DNA of 64,000 bases. Origin: a virus. Taxonomy: Duplodnaviria > Caudoviricetes. The number at the start of each line of letters is the position of its first letter. The first letter of the stretch is position 1. The notes below the pieces were generated by a model that was given only the letters and a program-made list of their open reading frames with translations, was not told the origin of the DNA and made no database searches. The DNA is taken from positions 128,001-192,000 of IMG/VR virus record IMGVR_UViG_3300050821_001527; one strand, 5' to 3'. A program made the translations under genes and the position numbers. This document shows, piece by piece, positions 1-8,674 of the stretch.

Positions 1-10
1 ATAATATGGC

Positions 11-1357
11 ATGAGTCCGTCGTCTAATGCCGTTCAGCCGCTCAAGGTAGTTTTTTGCACTACCTGCAAGGGCCGCGTAAGTCACATCAAGAAAACCCTC
101 CCCAAGAATTTGGCCGATAATCCCGGCGCGACCTTTATCCTTCTGGATTACAATGATAGTGGTGAATTAGCTTACCACGTCCGCAACGCCTGCCAGTCCG
201 AAATTAAAGAGGGCAGGCTGGTGTATTATCAATACCGAGACAATGTTCCCTTCCGCATGGCTCACGCCAAAAACATGGCGCACAGGCTCGGAATCATGGA
301 AGGCGCGGATATTCTGGTGAACTTGGACGCCGACAATCGCACGGGCGAAGGCTTCGCTGAATACATCGCGGAAAACTTCACCCGCACCCGCAACGACCCG
401 CAGGAAATTTTCATGTGGAGCAGGATGATTAAAGGGGTTCTGAAACGCGGAATCACCGGGCGCATTGTGGTCAGCAAAAACGCTTTTCTTCTCGCTGGCG
501 GATACGACGAACAGTATGCCACTTACTCCCCGGACGATAAAGATTTTGAAGCCCGCTTACGCAGACTGGGATTCTGTGCCCAAGAGATTGACAGCAAGTA
601 TCTGGACGCGGTATATCACGACGACAACGTAAGATTCAAGGAATACGCCCATTTGCTTGAGACGAGCGCAGCATACGAAACCCCCTGCATCTCTCCGCAC
701 AACCGCGTAGTCAATAACGGTAAATTTGGTTGCGGGGTTGTTTACAAGAATTTCGACGAGACTCCAATCACGCTTGCTCCGGTTCCTACCCGTATTTTTG
801 GCATCGGGATGCACAAGACCGCAACGACCTCTTTAAGCGAAGCCCTGACCATCCTTGGGCTAAAGTCGGGTCATTGGGAACACCCGCGCTGGGCTAGACA
901 AGTCTGGTCTGACATGAAGAATGTCGGTAGCTCTCCATCCGTGGAAAAGTATTATGCGCTTAGTGATTTGCCAATCGGAATTCTGTTTAGAGAATTGGAC
1001 GTGGCTTATCCGGGGTCGAAGTTCATCCTGACTGTCCGCGATGAATATGAATGGTTGAAGTCGGTTGAGAAACACTTTGATAGAAACATCAATCCCTACC
1101 GTAATTCATGGGACAACGATGCCTTTACCCACAGACTACACAACGAAATCTATGGACAGAGAAAATTCTCTTACCGTGTGTTCGTGGAGAGATACAGGAA
1201 GCACAACGCGGAAGTCTTGGAGTATTTCAAGGACAGACCGAATGATTTGCTGGTTATGAACGTTGACGATAAGACTGGATGGACAGAGCTATGCGCCTTT
1301 TTGGGCCAGCCAGTTCCTTCTATGAGCTATCCGAGAAAGTTCGTGACCAAGAAATAA
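11..1357 (+). CDS. Glycosyltransferase (GT2/GT7C-like) fused to C-terminal sulfotransferase domain
   Basis: N-half: LDADN DxD motif and GGYDEQY...DDKDFEARL; C-half: RIFGIGMHKTATTS PAPS-binding loop, KFILTVRD, GWTELCAFLG. Confidence 0.8.
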   Translation: MSPSSNAVQPLKVVFCTTCKGRVSHIKKTLPKNLADNPGATFILLDYNDSGELAYHVRNACQSEIKEGRLVYYQYRDNVPFRMAHAKNMAHRLGIMEGADILVNLDADNRTGEGFAEYIAENFTRTRNDPQEIFMWSRMIKGVLKRGITGRIVVSKNAFLLAGGYDEQYATYSPDDKDFEARLRRLGFCAQEIDSKYLDAVYHDDNVRFKEYAHLLETSAAYETPCISPHNRVVNNGKFGCGVVYKNFDETPITLAPVPTRIFGIGMHKTATTSLSEALTILGLKSGHWEHPRWARQVWSDMKNVGSSPSVEKYYALSDLPIGILFRELDVAYPGSKFILTVRDEYEWLKSVEKHFDRNINPYRNSWDNDAFTHRLHNEIYGQRKFSYRVFVERYRKHNAEVLEYFKDRPNDLLVMNVDDKTGWTELCAFLGQPVPSMSYPRKFVTKK

Positions 1358-1370
1358 ATTGAATTTTATT

Positions 1371-1460
1371 GGAAGATAAAGTAGTGAGGCAGCTACAACG
1401 CGGTGCTAACGCGATTGCCCCTCTAAAGGGGGTGGGGTTCGAGTCCTCTATCTTCCGCCA
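1371..1460 (+). tRNA. tRNA-Ser(GCT)
   Basis: GGAAGAT/ATCTTCC acceptor, GCT loop, long variable arm, TTCGAGT T-loop, G73, CCA. Confidence 0.92.
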
Positions 1461-1465
1461 AATTT

Positions 1466-1678
1466 ATGACCACTAACGAAAAAATACTAGCGACACTCGG
1501 CGAGATGCCAGCGGGCGCGAAAATCATGTATTTCGCATTTGACGGCGACACGGGAGAGCTTTTGTCTGCTGTATATTTCAACAAGACGTATTTCCTGAAT
1601 GGACGAGAGGACGTGGCCGAAAAAGCTGCCGAACGCTTGGGTTCGGAAGTCTGCTCCAAGATGCCAGAAGCTCCATAA
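1466..1678 (+). CDS. Hypothetical protein
   Basis: 70 aa ORF between tRNA and next promoter. Confidence 0.65.
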   Translation: MTTNEKILATLGEMPAGAKIMYFAFDGDTGELLSAVYFNKTYFLNGREDVAEKAAERLGSEVCSKMPEAP

Positions 1679-1683
1679 ATTTC

Positions 1684-1712
1684 TTGACTTCCCATGAAAA
1701 TTTTCATAGGAT
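1684..1712 (+). promoter_or_regulatory. sigma70-type promoter
   Basis: TTGACT-17-TAGGAT; GTG start 6 nt downstream. Confidence 0.75.
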
Positions 1713-1718
1713 AATGGG

Positions 1719-2432
1719 GTGTTAATCAAGACTTACAAGGCCAGCGATGAAGTAAAAATCGTTACGATAAACGTGACGAAATTTCCACTGGTCATAATCA
1801 CAGACAGCCATACGAACGTAGCCAACGTCCGTCAACTCAAGGAGTTGTATCCAGACAGTCCGTTCGTTAGTCTCGGAGACATTACTTTTCTCTTTGCCAA
1901 ACCGGGCGAAAAATACAACGCAAGGTCTGTCCAGTATTTCATTGACAACAAAATCCCCTGCCTCAAGGGAAACCATGAAGAACACCTTGTCTCCTGCGCG
2001 GCCTCTGATAACGGGGACAGTCTGGTGATTTTCAAGGCCATCCCGCGATTCGACGAGCATTCCAGCCTGTATGACAAATACGACCTGTCGCAGCAGCATA
2101 CGGATTATCTCAAGGGTCTGCCAATGGGCTTCAAGCTGGTTTTGCCGAATAAGGACGAGTATCTTTGCTTCCATAACCGTCCGTCCGATTTGTGGAGTTT
2201 CACAGAGGAAGCCTTTACACAAGAAGCCTTTGAAAAGACCTACCCGCTTTCGGAGCGAACCAAGTCGGTTATCATTGGCCACAATCATCGCCATTTTGTC
2301 AAGCAATATCCTTCCGGCAAGAGCCTGACGTGTATCGGCAGGTTGAGCGTTGACGGCGATTATGCGCTCTTGACCGAGCGAGGGATTGAGCAAAAAAGGC
2401 TCCCGAAGTCCTTGACTTACTTAGAAAAGTAA
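1719..2432 (+). CDS. Calcineurin-like metallophosphoesterase
   Basis: DSH, LGD, KGNHE, GHNH motifs. Confidence 0.85.
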   Translation: MLIKTYKASDEVKIVTINVTKFPLVIITDSHTNVANVRQLKELYPDSPFVSLGDITFLFAKPGEKYNARSVQYFIDNKIPCLKGNHEEHLVSCAASDNGDSLVIFKAIPRFDEHSSLYDKYDLSQQHTDYLKGLPMGFKLVLPNKDEYLCFHNRPSDLWSFTEEAFTQEAFEKTYPLSERTKSVIIGHNHRHFVKQYPSGKSLTCIGRLSVDGDYALLTERGIEQKRLPKSLTYLEK

Positions 2433-2440
2433 CGTAGTAT
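2412..2440 (+). promoter_or_regulatory. sigma70-type promoter for tRNA-like RNA
   Basis: TTGACT-17-TAGTAT, 8 nt before RNA 5' end. Confidence 0.7.
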
Positions 2441-2448
2441 CATTTTAC

Positions 2449-2526
2449 GCATCAGTATTGGCACTCTTTCCTAAAGAGGACGCGCATAATTGGACGATGT
2501 GGGTTCGACTCCCTCCTGATGCACCA
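2449..2526 (+). tRNA. Non-canonical tRNA-Arg(CCT)-like RNA lacking a D-arm
   Basis: GCATCAG/CTGATGC-A-CCA acceptor, CTCT-TTCCTAA-AGAG anticodon arm, TTCGACT T-loop; only 7 nt between acceptor and anticodon stems. Confidence 0.7.
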
Positions 2527-2532
2527 ATCTAC

Positions 2533-3006
2533 ATGAAAGAAACCATTTGCCCATCTTGCGAGAACGAGATAGACCCCGAGGTTTGTCATTGCGGAGACGC
2601 AATCAAGAATCACTCGTTTCTCAACAGTAACCACGGCCCAATCCCTATGGGATGCACCTGTGGATACGCAGAACCGCCGCCGAAGCCGCTCAAGATGTAT
2701 ATTTTGGTCAAGGCGTCCCTGCCGTCTCACAAGATGATTGTGGTCGCCCACGGGGTTCTAATGGCTCACAAAGCCTTCTCTCACCTGATGTTCGAGAACA
2801 CGAAGACCTACCACGAATGGTTGGAAAAATCCTTCCGCAAGGTGGTCTGCGAAGTGAGCGATGGAGATTTTGAAAGGTTCAAGCAGTTCGATGACAAGGT
2901 GATTGTCACCGAATCCGGCTTGGATAACATGGAAGTCGGGATGGTGTTTTGCCCCCGACAGGAATGGCCGAAAGCCTTCAAGTTCCTCTCCATGAGCAAA
3001 TACTGA
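2533..3006 (+). CDS. Peptidyl-tRNA hydrolase PTH2-like protein with N-terminal Cys/His-rich region
   Basis: KMYILVK...VAHG...SFRKVVCEV...VTESGL...FCPRQEWPKAFKFL resembles bacterial PTH2-like family; start moved to ATG 2533 after the tRNA. Confidence 0.7.
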   Translation: MKETICPSCENEIDPEVCHCGDAIKNHSFLNSNHGPIPMGCTCGYAEPPPKPLKMYILVKASLPSHKMIVVAHGVLMAHKAFSHLMFENTKTYHEWLEKSFRKVVCEVSDGDFERFKQFDDKVIVTESGLDNMEVGMVFCPRQEWPKAFKFLSMSKY

Positions 3007-3157
3007 TTTACGATAGCCGTCACACGCCCGCTGGCGGTCAATCCAGATTGCGGGCTTTAGAGTTCTCTGGAATTGTATGCCTTGTTCGTCTAAAAGTAAA
3101 GACACGTCATTGGTAATGATGAAACGACGGAGCGTTACCGTCACTCGGCTCCATTTT

Positions 3158-3364
3158 ATGAAACTCTTATCCCAAGAGGAAGCGGACGAGCAGAAAGCCC
3201 AAGAAAACTTTGAGAACCAAATCAGAGATACTTGCAGGGCGTTCTGTCGCGGTTTGCTAGACCGTCAGAAGCTCGCTGGTTATCACGGCTGGAATTTGAG
3301 CAACACAACACTCGAAACCGCTTACAGTATCGGCTGGAACTATGATTTCTCCAAGCCGTTATGA
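3158..3364 (+). CDS. Hypothetical protein
   Basis: ORF with ATGA overlap to next gene. Confidence 0.6.
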   Translation: MKLLSQEEADEQKAQENFENQIRDTCRAFCRGLLDRQKLAGYHGWNLSNTTLETAYSIGWNYDFSKPL

Positions 3365-3603
3365 AAAAACTTTGCCCGAAATGCAAGGTCGAACTGGAAT
3401 TAGTTCCGGCCTGCCCGACTGGTTGGAGCGACGAGCATCTAGCCTGTCCGAAATGCGACGGGACATTCAATCTCGGTGATGGGACGTATATGCTCATGCC
3501 CGATGACGAGTGGGAATGGCTTAAAAAAGTGAGGGCGCAATGGAAAGCTTCCGCCGAATTTGGTTGGAAGGGCACCTACGACGATGTTGATTACATCCGT
3601 TAA
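3361..3603 (+). CDS. Hypothetical Zn-ribbon protein
   Basis: CPKC ... CPKC. Confidence 0.65.
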   Translation: MKKLCPKCKVELELVPACPTGWSDEHLACPKCDGTFNLGDGTYMLMPDDEWEWLKKVRAQWKASAEFGWKGTYDDVDYIR

Positions 3604-3608
3604 AAGAC

Positions 3609-3637
3609 TTGACAATCCCTGAAAATACCCCTAATAT
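3609..3637 (+). promoter_or_regulatory. sigma70-type promoter
   Basis: TTGACA-17-TAATAT, ATG 6 nt downstream; first 18 nt identical to promoter at 11661. Confidence 0.85.
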
Positions 3638-3643
3638 CAGAAG

Positions 3644-4183
3644 ATGACAGGAATCCTTAGTAAAACTAAAGTCTATACCATCGGAGCGATGCAGTATGAG
3701 AATGGCGAAGGTTGGCGCAACAGGGTGAAGGAAGTCCTTTACCCAATGGGAGTCACGGTTTTCGACCCCTATCACAAGCCGTTCATCAACGAAGTCAAAG
3801 AGGACGAGGAAGCCCGCTCCTGCCTTAAAGAGTGGATGGAGAACGGCGAGTTCGACAAGGTGGCCGGAAGGATGAAGGCCGTTCGTCGTGATGATTTACG
3901 CTTGGTTGACTTGAGCGATTTTTTCATCGTTTACATCAACCCGACGATTGCCTCTTGGGGCAGCGCCGAGGAACTGTATTGGGCGAACCGCTTGAAGAAA
4001 CCCATCTTCATTTGCATCGAAGGCGGAAAGAAAAAGACGCCTTACTGGTTGATGGGCACAGTCCCGCACAAGTATATCTATGATGACTTGGAAGATATTT
4101 TGACAGTCCTCACCAAAATCAACGACGGTGAGAAGGTCATTGATAATGACAGATGGCGTTTGCTCAAGCCGGAATACCGATAA
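3644..4183 (+). CDS. Nucleoside 2-deoxyribosyltransferase-like protein
   Basis: VYTIGAM...WR...FDPY...DLRLVDLSD...SWGSAEE. Confidence 0.75.
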   Translation: MTGILSKTKVYTIGAMQYENGEGWRNRVKEVLYPMGVTVFDPYHKPFINEVKEDEEARSCLKEWMENGEFDKVAGRMKAVRRDDLRLVDLSDFFIVYINPTIASWGSAEELYWANRLKKPIFICIEGGKKKTPYWLMGTVPHKYIYDDLEDILTVLTKINDGEKVIDNDRWRLLKPEYR

Positions 4184-4186
4184 TTT

Positions 4187-4468
4187 ATGCCATACATTGA
4201 GAAGAAAGACCGAGAAAAACTCGATTCCGAAATCGAGGACGTTATTGACGCTCTCACCAACCACGGGTTTAAAACCGCAGTCGTGGGGGACGTGAACTAC
4301 GTTTTCTCCAAAATCATCTGGACGTTGTTCCAGAAAAACCGCAGCTACACGAACGGTAACAACCTAGTCGGGGTGCTGGAATGTGTGAAGCAAGAGTTTA
4401 TCCGCCGTCAGCTTAATCCCTACGAGAACGAGAAGATTGCTCAAAACGGGGACATTTGTGAAGCTTAA
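4187..4468 (+). CDS. Conserved phage hypothetical protein (DUF6899-like)
   Basis: MPYI..GDVNY...GVLECVKQEFIRRQLNPYENEK. Confidence 0.65.
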   Translation: MPYIEKKDREKLDSEIEDVIDALTNHGFKTAVVGDVNYVFSKIIWTLFQKNRSYTNGNNLVGVLECVKQEFIRRQLNPYENEKIAQNGDICEA

Positions 4469-4911
4469 ATGCGACAGATGTAAAAAACCCATTAAGCACC
4501 CCGGCGCGTTGGTTTTCAGTCCACCAAAGGGAAAAAACTGTCAGAAGTTCCACATTTGCGAATATTGCTGGTTTGAATTGAATCTTTGGGTTCAAGGAAT
4601 CCAATACCGCAGGATAATTTAACGCCTTTGCCTTCAGCAAGGCCACCGCTTTCGTAAAGCGGCGGAAGTCGGGGCAGCACCGACCATTGGCTCCATTTAT
4701 GTTCTGGTTCACCAAAAAGACAATATGCCCAAGCTGCATCAAGGATAAAACCGTGCCAGCCGACGCCCGACTGCAACTCTGCAAGTCCTGCGCGAAAGAC
4801 TCCGAGTATTTCGTATTCCGCCTGCCGGGAGACAAGTATATCGTCATCGTGGCTCTCAAGGCAAGGAAGCAAGCCTTTACCGTCAAGAAGGTGAATTAAA
4901 ATTCAATTTAT

Positions 4912-5022
4912 ACCCGTTCCGAATGAGAGAGACGAGAATTCCGTCTCATGGCAGAAAGGTCGCCCCTTACGAGTCATAATCTTGGCAGCGGACAGAGATG
5001 GTGCGATGCCCGTCTCCGGGGT
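4912..5022 (+). ncRNA. Candidate tRNA-like structured RNA (CAT loop)
   Basis: ACCC/GGGT ends, GAGACG/CGTCTC hairpins, GTCATAA loop; directly before tRNA-Ser(CGA). Confidence 0.35.
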
Positions 5023-5024
5023 TT

Positions 5025-5115
5025 GGATAGTCAACCAGTCAGGGCTACTGGAACCGTCTCGAAAGCGGATTGTCCCCGATGAGGGGATGGGTTTCGATTA
5101 CTCGGCTATCCGCCA
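5025..5115 (+). tRNA. tRNA-Ser(CGA)
   Basis: GGATAGT/GCTATCC, CT-CGA-AA loop, variable arm, TTCGATT, G73, CCA. Confidence 0.9.
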
Positions 5116-5118
5116 TTT

Positions 5119-5292
5119 ATGCACCCGGAAATTCGTTGCGACAAGTGCAAGCATTGGACATTAACCAAGCCAGAGGTCAAACACGGCTGGTGCAACGTGT
5201 TCCAATACCAAACTGAAGCCGGTGCGGGAGTCAGGTTGAGCAGCCCGAGAAAATTCATCCCATGTCCGTCATTCCAGAAACTAAAGTCGTAA
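5119..5292 (+). CDS. Small Cys-rich hypothetical protein (57 aa, not in ORF track)
   Basis: Manual translation MHPEIRCDKCKHW...WCN...CPSF. Confidence 0.55.
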   Translation: MHPEIRCDKCKHWTLTKPEVKHGWCNVFQYQTEAGAGVRLSSPRKFIPCPSFQKLKS

Positions 5293-5582
5293 ATATCCGT
5301 TTCGAGCCTTACGACGTTTACGTTGGCCGCGCCGGGATGGGACTGTCAGGAGAGTTTGGGAACTCGCATCCCGTGGACAAATATTGCTGGCTCTGTAAAA
5401 AGGTGCATAACCGAAAAGAGTCCATCGAGGCTTTCCGAAAAGATTTTCAGAAACAAATCCAAGACCCGGTATTTCGAGCGCGAGTATTGACGCTGAAAGG
5501 GAAAAAGCTTGGTTGTTTCTGCCACCCGGCCCCGTGTCACGCAGGCGTTTACAAAGAGTGGCTTGATAATTTGGTAGAGTAA
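5262..5582 (+). CDS. DUF4326 family protein
   Basis: DVYVGR...GN...LKGKKLGCFCHPAPCHA. Confidence 0.85.
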   Translation: MSVIPETKVVNIRFEPYDVYVGRAGMGLSGEFGNSHPVDKYCWLCKKVHNRKESIEAFRKDFQKQIQDPVFRARVLTLKGKKLGCFCHPAPCHAGVYKEWLDNLVE

Positions 5583-5666
5583 ATAATCCGGCGATTATCA
5601 CCGCCTTGAAAGCGGCTGGAACGTGCTAATACCACGTTTGGGGGTCGGCACCTCACTTTACCGCCA
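5573..5666 (+). tRNA. tRNA-Ser(TGA), atypical T-loop
   Basis: GGTAGAG/CTTTACC, CCGC-CTTGAAA-GCGG, T-loop GTCGGCA, G73, CCA; overlaps stop of upstream ORF. Confidence 0.82.
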
Positions 5667-5731
5667 ATTTGGATTACGTCCGATATATGTTACATAATGT
5701 CGCTTAACGACTCATATATAAGACGTTATCT

Positions 5732-5825
5732 GGAACAGACAAGCCGTGGAGAACGGTCTGTGATTGGAAATCACAAGGCTCGCGCTTATACCGCGAGTTC
5801 GGAGCGTAACCGAGTTGTTCCGCCA
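5732..5825 (+). tRNA. tRNA-Ser(GGA), atypical T-loop
   Basis: GGAACAG/TTGTTCC, TGTGA-TTGGAAA-TCACA, T-loop AGCGTAA, G73, CCA. Confidence 0.82.
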
Positions 5826-5829
5826 TTTT

Positions 5830-5864
5830 AGCCCTTACCCCTTGACCGGGGTAGGGGCTTTTTT
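5830..5864 (+). terminator. Rho-independent terminator
   Basis: AGCCCTTACCCC/GGGGTAGGGGCT hairpin + T tract. Confidence 0.9.
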
Positions 5865-5870
5865 ATTGCC

Positions 5871-5899
5871 TTGACACCAACAGAAAACGCGGCTATTAT
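5871..5899 (+). promoter_or_regulatory. sigma70-type promoter
   Basis: TTGACA-17-TATTAT. Confidence 0.8.
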
Positions 5900-5907
5900 T
5901 GATAATA

Positions 5908-6435
5908 ATGAGCCACGAAAGACGTTCAGTATTGCAGGACTGGGTGATGGAATTGCCGTTCATGCAGCAGTCGGTATTGATTGCCGCCATGCGCGGAGCC
6001 GACGGCGTGAACAAGATGCACCCTTCAAAGTATTTGGGCCGCTGGCTTCGACGCTGCATTGTTATTTCAGCTTTTGACCGCAAAGCCTTGGATGACCCTT
6101 ACTATCCCGGTGGAGGCTCCTATACCGGCCCTAGCGTGACTGGTGACGAACTGGGTGCCTCTACGGATTGGGAAAAGCCCATGAATAAAAAGGTCAAGGC
6201 TTACATGGACAGCATGGATGAAATTCCGCTCCATTATCACTTGCACCTGCTTCACGCGGTTGAAATTTTGGGATACAAGCATTCCAACGAGCGAGTCAGG
6301 GCTTGGTGGTTACAGACTTACAAGGCTCTCGCGCACGACATGCACTTGGCGGTGGAAACCGAAGAACAACTCAATGCCCGCCTGAACGATAACGAGTCCG
6401 ACTGGCGCAAGGACGAAACCAGATTTAAGAAATGA
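5908..6435 (+). CDS. Hypothetical protein
   Basis: ~175 aa ORF after promoter. Confidence 0.75.
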   Translation: MSHERRSVLQDWVMELPFMQQSVLIAAMRGADGVNKMHPSKYLGRWLRRCIVISAFDRKALDDPYYPGGGSYTGPSVTGDELGASTDWEKPMNKKVKAYMDSMDEIPLHYHLHLLHAVEILGYKHSNERVRAWWLQTYKALAHDMHLAVETEEQLNARLNDNESDWRKDETRFKK

Positions 6436-6644
6436 ACCTCCCACACAAAACCGCCCTGCACGAAATTTCGCTTAACCTTTCTACCCCCAATATGGGAGAG
6501 CGCGAGAAGTCGTGGCGCAAATTCGCCGCAGGCATGGAGAATTTTATCATGGGACTCCGCAAGCCCTGCGAATACGCGGTTCCATGCAAGTTTTGCGATA
6601 CGTGTAAAACCAATAGCGAGATTGAATCATTTCTGGCCAAGTAA
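6432..6644 (+). CDS. Hypothetical protein
   Basis: Overlap chain. Confidence 0.6.
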   Translation: MNLPHKTALHEISLNLSTPNMGEREKSWRKFAAGMENFIMGLRKPCEYAVPCKFCDTCKTNSEIESFLAK

Positions 6645-6645
6645 A

Positions 6646-6861
6646 ATGCACCTATGGGAAATATATTGGTTGTGTGCCGCGCTCCTGACTTGGATGTTTG
6701 AGTTAAGGGCTTACCTTGCTGGTGAATACGGCCAGCAGAGGGATATGTTCAATATTGACTACGAGAAGGTAGGGATAATGGGTGTGTGCCTGTTCTTCTT
6801 TTGCTTGGTGTTTTGGTGGACTTTTTGGTTGGCGATGATTTTCGGTAGGATTAAGCGATGA
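6646..6861 (+). CDS. Hypothetical membrane protein
   Basis: Two hydrophobic segments. Confidence 0.6.
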   Translation: MHLWEIYWLCAALLTWMFELRAYLAGEYGQQRDMFNIDYEKVGIMGVCLFFFCLVFWWTFWLAMIFGRIKR

Positions 6862-7676
6862 AAACGAAATGGATAATTGAAAACTTCACGGATTCCGAAG
6901 ACTACCGCGAGCTTATTCAGGCGGTGAAAGATTCGGGACGCTCCTGCTTTGTCATTGATAAAAACAATCATTTTGACTTTGACCCGTCCGGGTTCGCAGA
7001 GAACGACAGGGTTATTGTCCAAGGCTCTATCCAGATGACAAAGAACATCGGAAGTCGTCTGCCCAAAGGTTGTTTTCCTGTCGCTTTTTCTTCGTGGGAG
7101 AACTATCTATGCACGTCCTATTACCCGCATTTCCGCAGATTTTTGTTCAACGATAATCATGCGGTTACGACTGTAGCCAATCTGAAAGAGGACAAGTTCT
7201 ACTTTTACAAGACATTCGGCAAGGACGCCCTTATCTTTATTCGTCCCGACAGCGGGGAAAAAAGCTTTTCTGGCCAGCTTCTCGACCTGCAAGATTTTGA
7301 TAGGTTTTGGAAGGGCGCGGTTCATGGCGGCGGAAACTGTGCCGACAATGACACTATTTTCGTTTCAACCCCCAAGAATATCAACGGGGAATGGAGATTC
7401 GTGTGCGCTCCGGGTGAGATTATCGCTTACTCGACTTATCAATACCAAGGCCAACGCACTCTTATTCCTTCCGCTCCAACCGGGGCCATTGATAAGTGCA
7501 AGGAAATTTTGGCCGTGGGCTACTATCCCGACCCGATTTTTTGCGTGGATATTTGCGAGGACGCGGACGGTAATTTCTGGCTGCTTGAACTTACGTCGTT
7601 CTCGTCTGCCGGACTATATGCTTCCGACAAAAGAAAAATTGTCGCTAAGGTCAATGAAATCGTAGAATCATTATGA
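6858..7676 (+). CDS. ATP-grasp protein (DUF4343/R2K-like)
   Basis: IFIRPDSGEKSFSG, EWRFV, VDI...LLELTSFSSAGLY. Confidence 0.8.
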   Translation: MKTKWIIENFTDSEDYRELIQAVKDSGRSCFVIDKNNHFDFDPSGFAENDRVIVQGSIQMTKNIGSRLPKGCFPVAFSSWENYLCTSYYPHFRRFLFNDNHAVTTVANLKEDKFYFYKTFGKDALIFIRPDSGEKSFSGQLLDLQDFDRFWKGAVHGGGNCADNDTIFVSTPKNINGEWRFVCAPGEIIAYSTYQYQGQRTLIPSAPTGAIDKCKEILAVGYYPDPIFCVDICEDADGNFWLLELTSFSSAGLYASDKRKIVAKVNEIVESL

Positions 7677-8110
7677 GCCGTGATATACGCTGCCGAGTAT
7701 GGCACCCCGAGCATGACAGGATGATTTACTTTCATCCCCTCTATATGATTTTTGAGGGAGAGAGGCACATACTTACTGCCGACGCGGTTAAAGACCTACC
7801 ACACACTTTCATGGCCGAAGATGCCCCGGTGATGCTCTCTACTGGTCTGAAAGACAAGAACGACAAGGAAGTTTTCGCCGGGGATATTGTCGTGCTGGAC
7901 GAGGAATACGAAGGTAGGGAAGCCTGCTCTCCGACCATCCCCGGAAAGAGTCAGGCGATGGAAGTCTATTACGACGAAGAATTTTCGATGTTCAAGCTTC
8001 GTCGCGGGGCCGAAAGGAACTATCTGCCGATTTCTTGGCGCAGTAAATACGTCGTTGAAGTTATCGGCAATGTTTACGAGAACCCCAAGCTTTTGAAGGA
8101 GACTAAATAA
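7673..8110 (+). CDS. YopX family protein
   Basis: IRCRVW...STGLKDKNDKEVFAGDIV...EVIGNVYENP. Confidence 0.9.
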   Translation: MSRDIRCRVWHPEHDRMIYFHPLYMIFEGERHILTADAVKDLPHTFMAEDAPVMLSTGLKDKNDKEVFAGDIVVLDEEYEGREACSPTIPGKSQAMEVYYDEEFSMFKLRRGAERNYLPISWRSKYVVEVIGNVYENPKLLKETK

Positions 8111-8394
8111 TGTTCGATATATTGAAATTTTTTAAGCCGAAGGTAGGACAAAAGACTTCCTACAATCCAAGTAGCCGCCGCGCCTTTTTCAGAAAACTGG
8201 GCGGGGCCGCAATCGTTGCAACGGTGGCTCCGAAGTTGATTGCCACGCAGAAAATCACCCCTGAGAATTACGAGTCAACGTTTAAGGCCAATTCCCGTCC
8301 CGCCTTGGATGGCATTTATTGCTCAGGCGTATCATCGGGGGTATCTGGCCGATACTATATTACGGGCATGGGCGGCTTTCCGTTTTCGGGATAA
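8110..8394 (+). CDS. Hypothetical protein with twin-arginine-like motif
   Basis: SRRAFFRKLGGAAIVA. Confidence 0.6.
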   Translation: MFDILKFFKPKVGQKTSYNPSSRRAFFRKLGGAAIVATVAPKLIATQKITPENYESTFKANSRPALDGIYCSGVSSGVSGRYYITGMGGFPFSG

Positions 8395-8397
8395 TCT

Positions 8398-8673
8398 ATG
8401 CAAGACTGGATTTTCAAAGTCGGCAACTCCATCAATCGAATCGCCACTCACGATTCCAGTGACGGCGGGACGTGGAACGACGGCACCATATTGACGGAAT
8501 ATGGCATGGTAGATTGTATGGCCCAAGGTTCAAGCAATTTTACGCCGCACAGCCGATTTGATTTCGTCCACAAGGGTAAATGCTACAGCCGTTCTTACGA
8601 CAGGCGTTTTACCAAGCGTGGCCTGTCCATGATTGCAAAACGCTTTGCCAAGGAAATTTCGGAAACAAGATAA
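8398..8673 (+). CDS. Hypothetical protein
   Basis: Co-directional ORF. Confidence 0.65.
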   Translation: MQDWIFKVGNSINRIATHDSSDGGTWNDGTILTEYGMVDCMAQGSSNFTPHSRFDFVHKGKCYSRSYDRRFTKRGLSMIAKRFAKEISETR

Positions 8674-8674
8674 C

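Noticed and set aside
2458-2532. N-terminal extension of ORF 2458-3006
   Set aside because: Overlaps the tRNA-like gene; ATG 2533 is the better start
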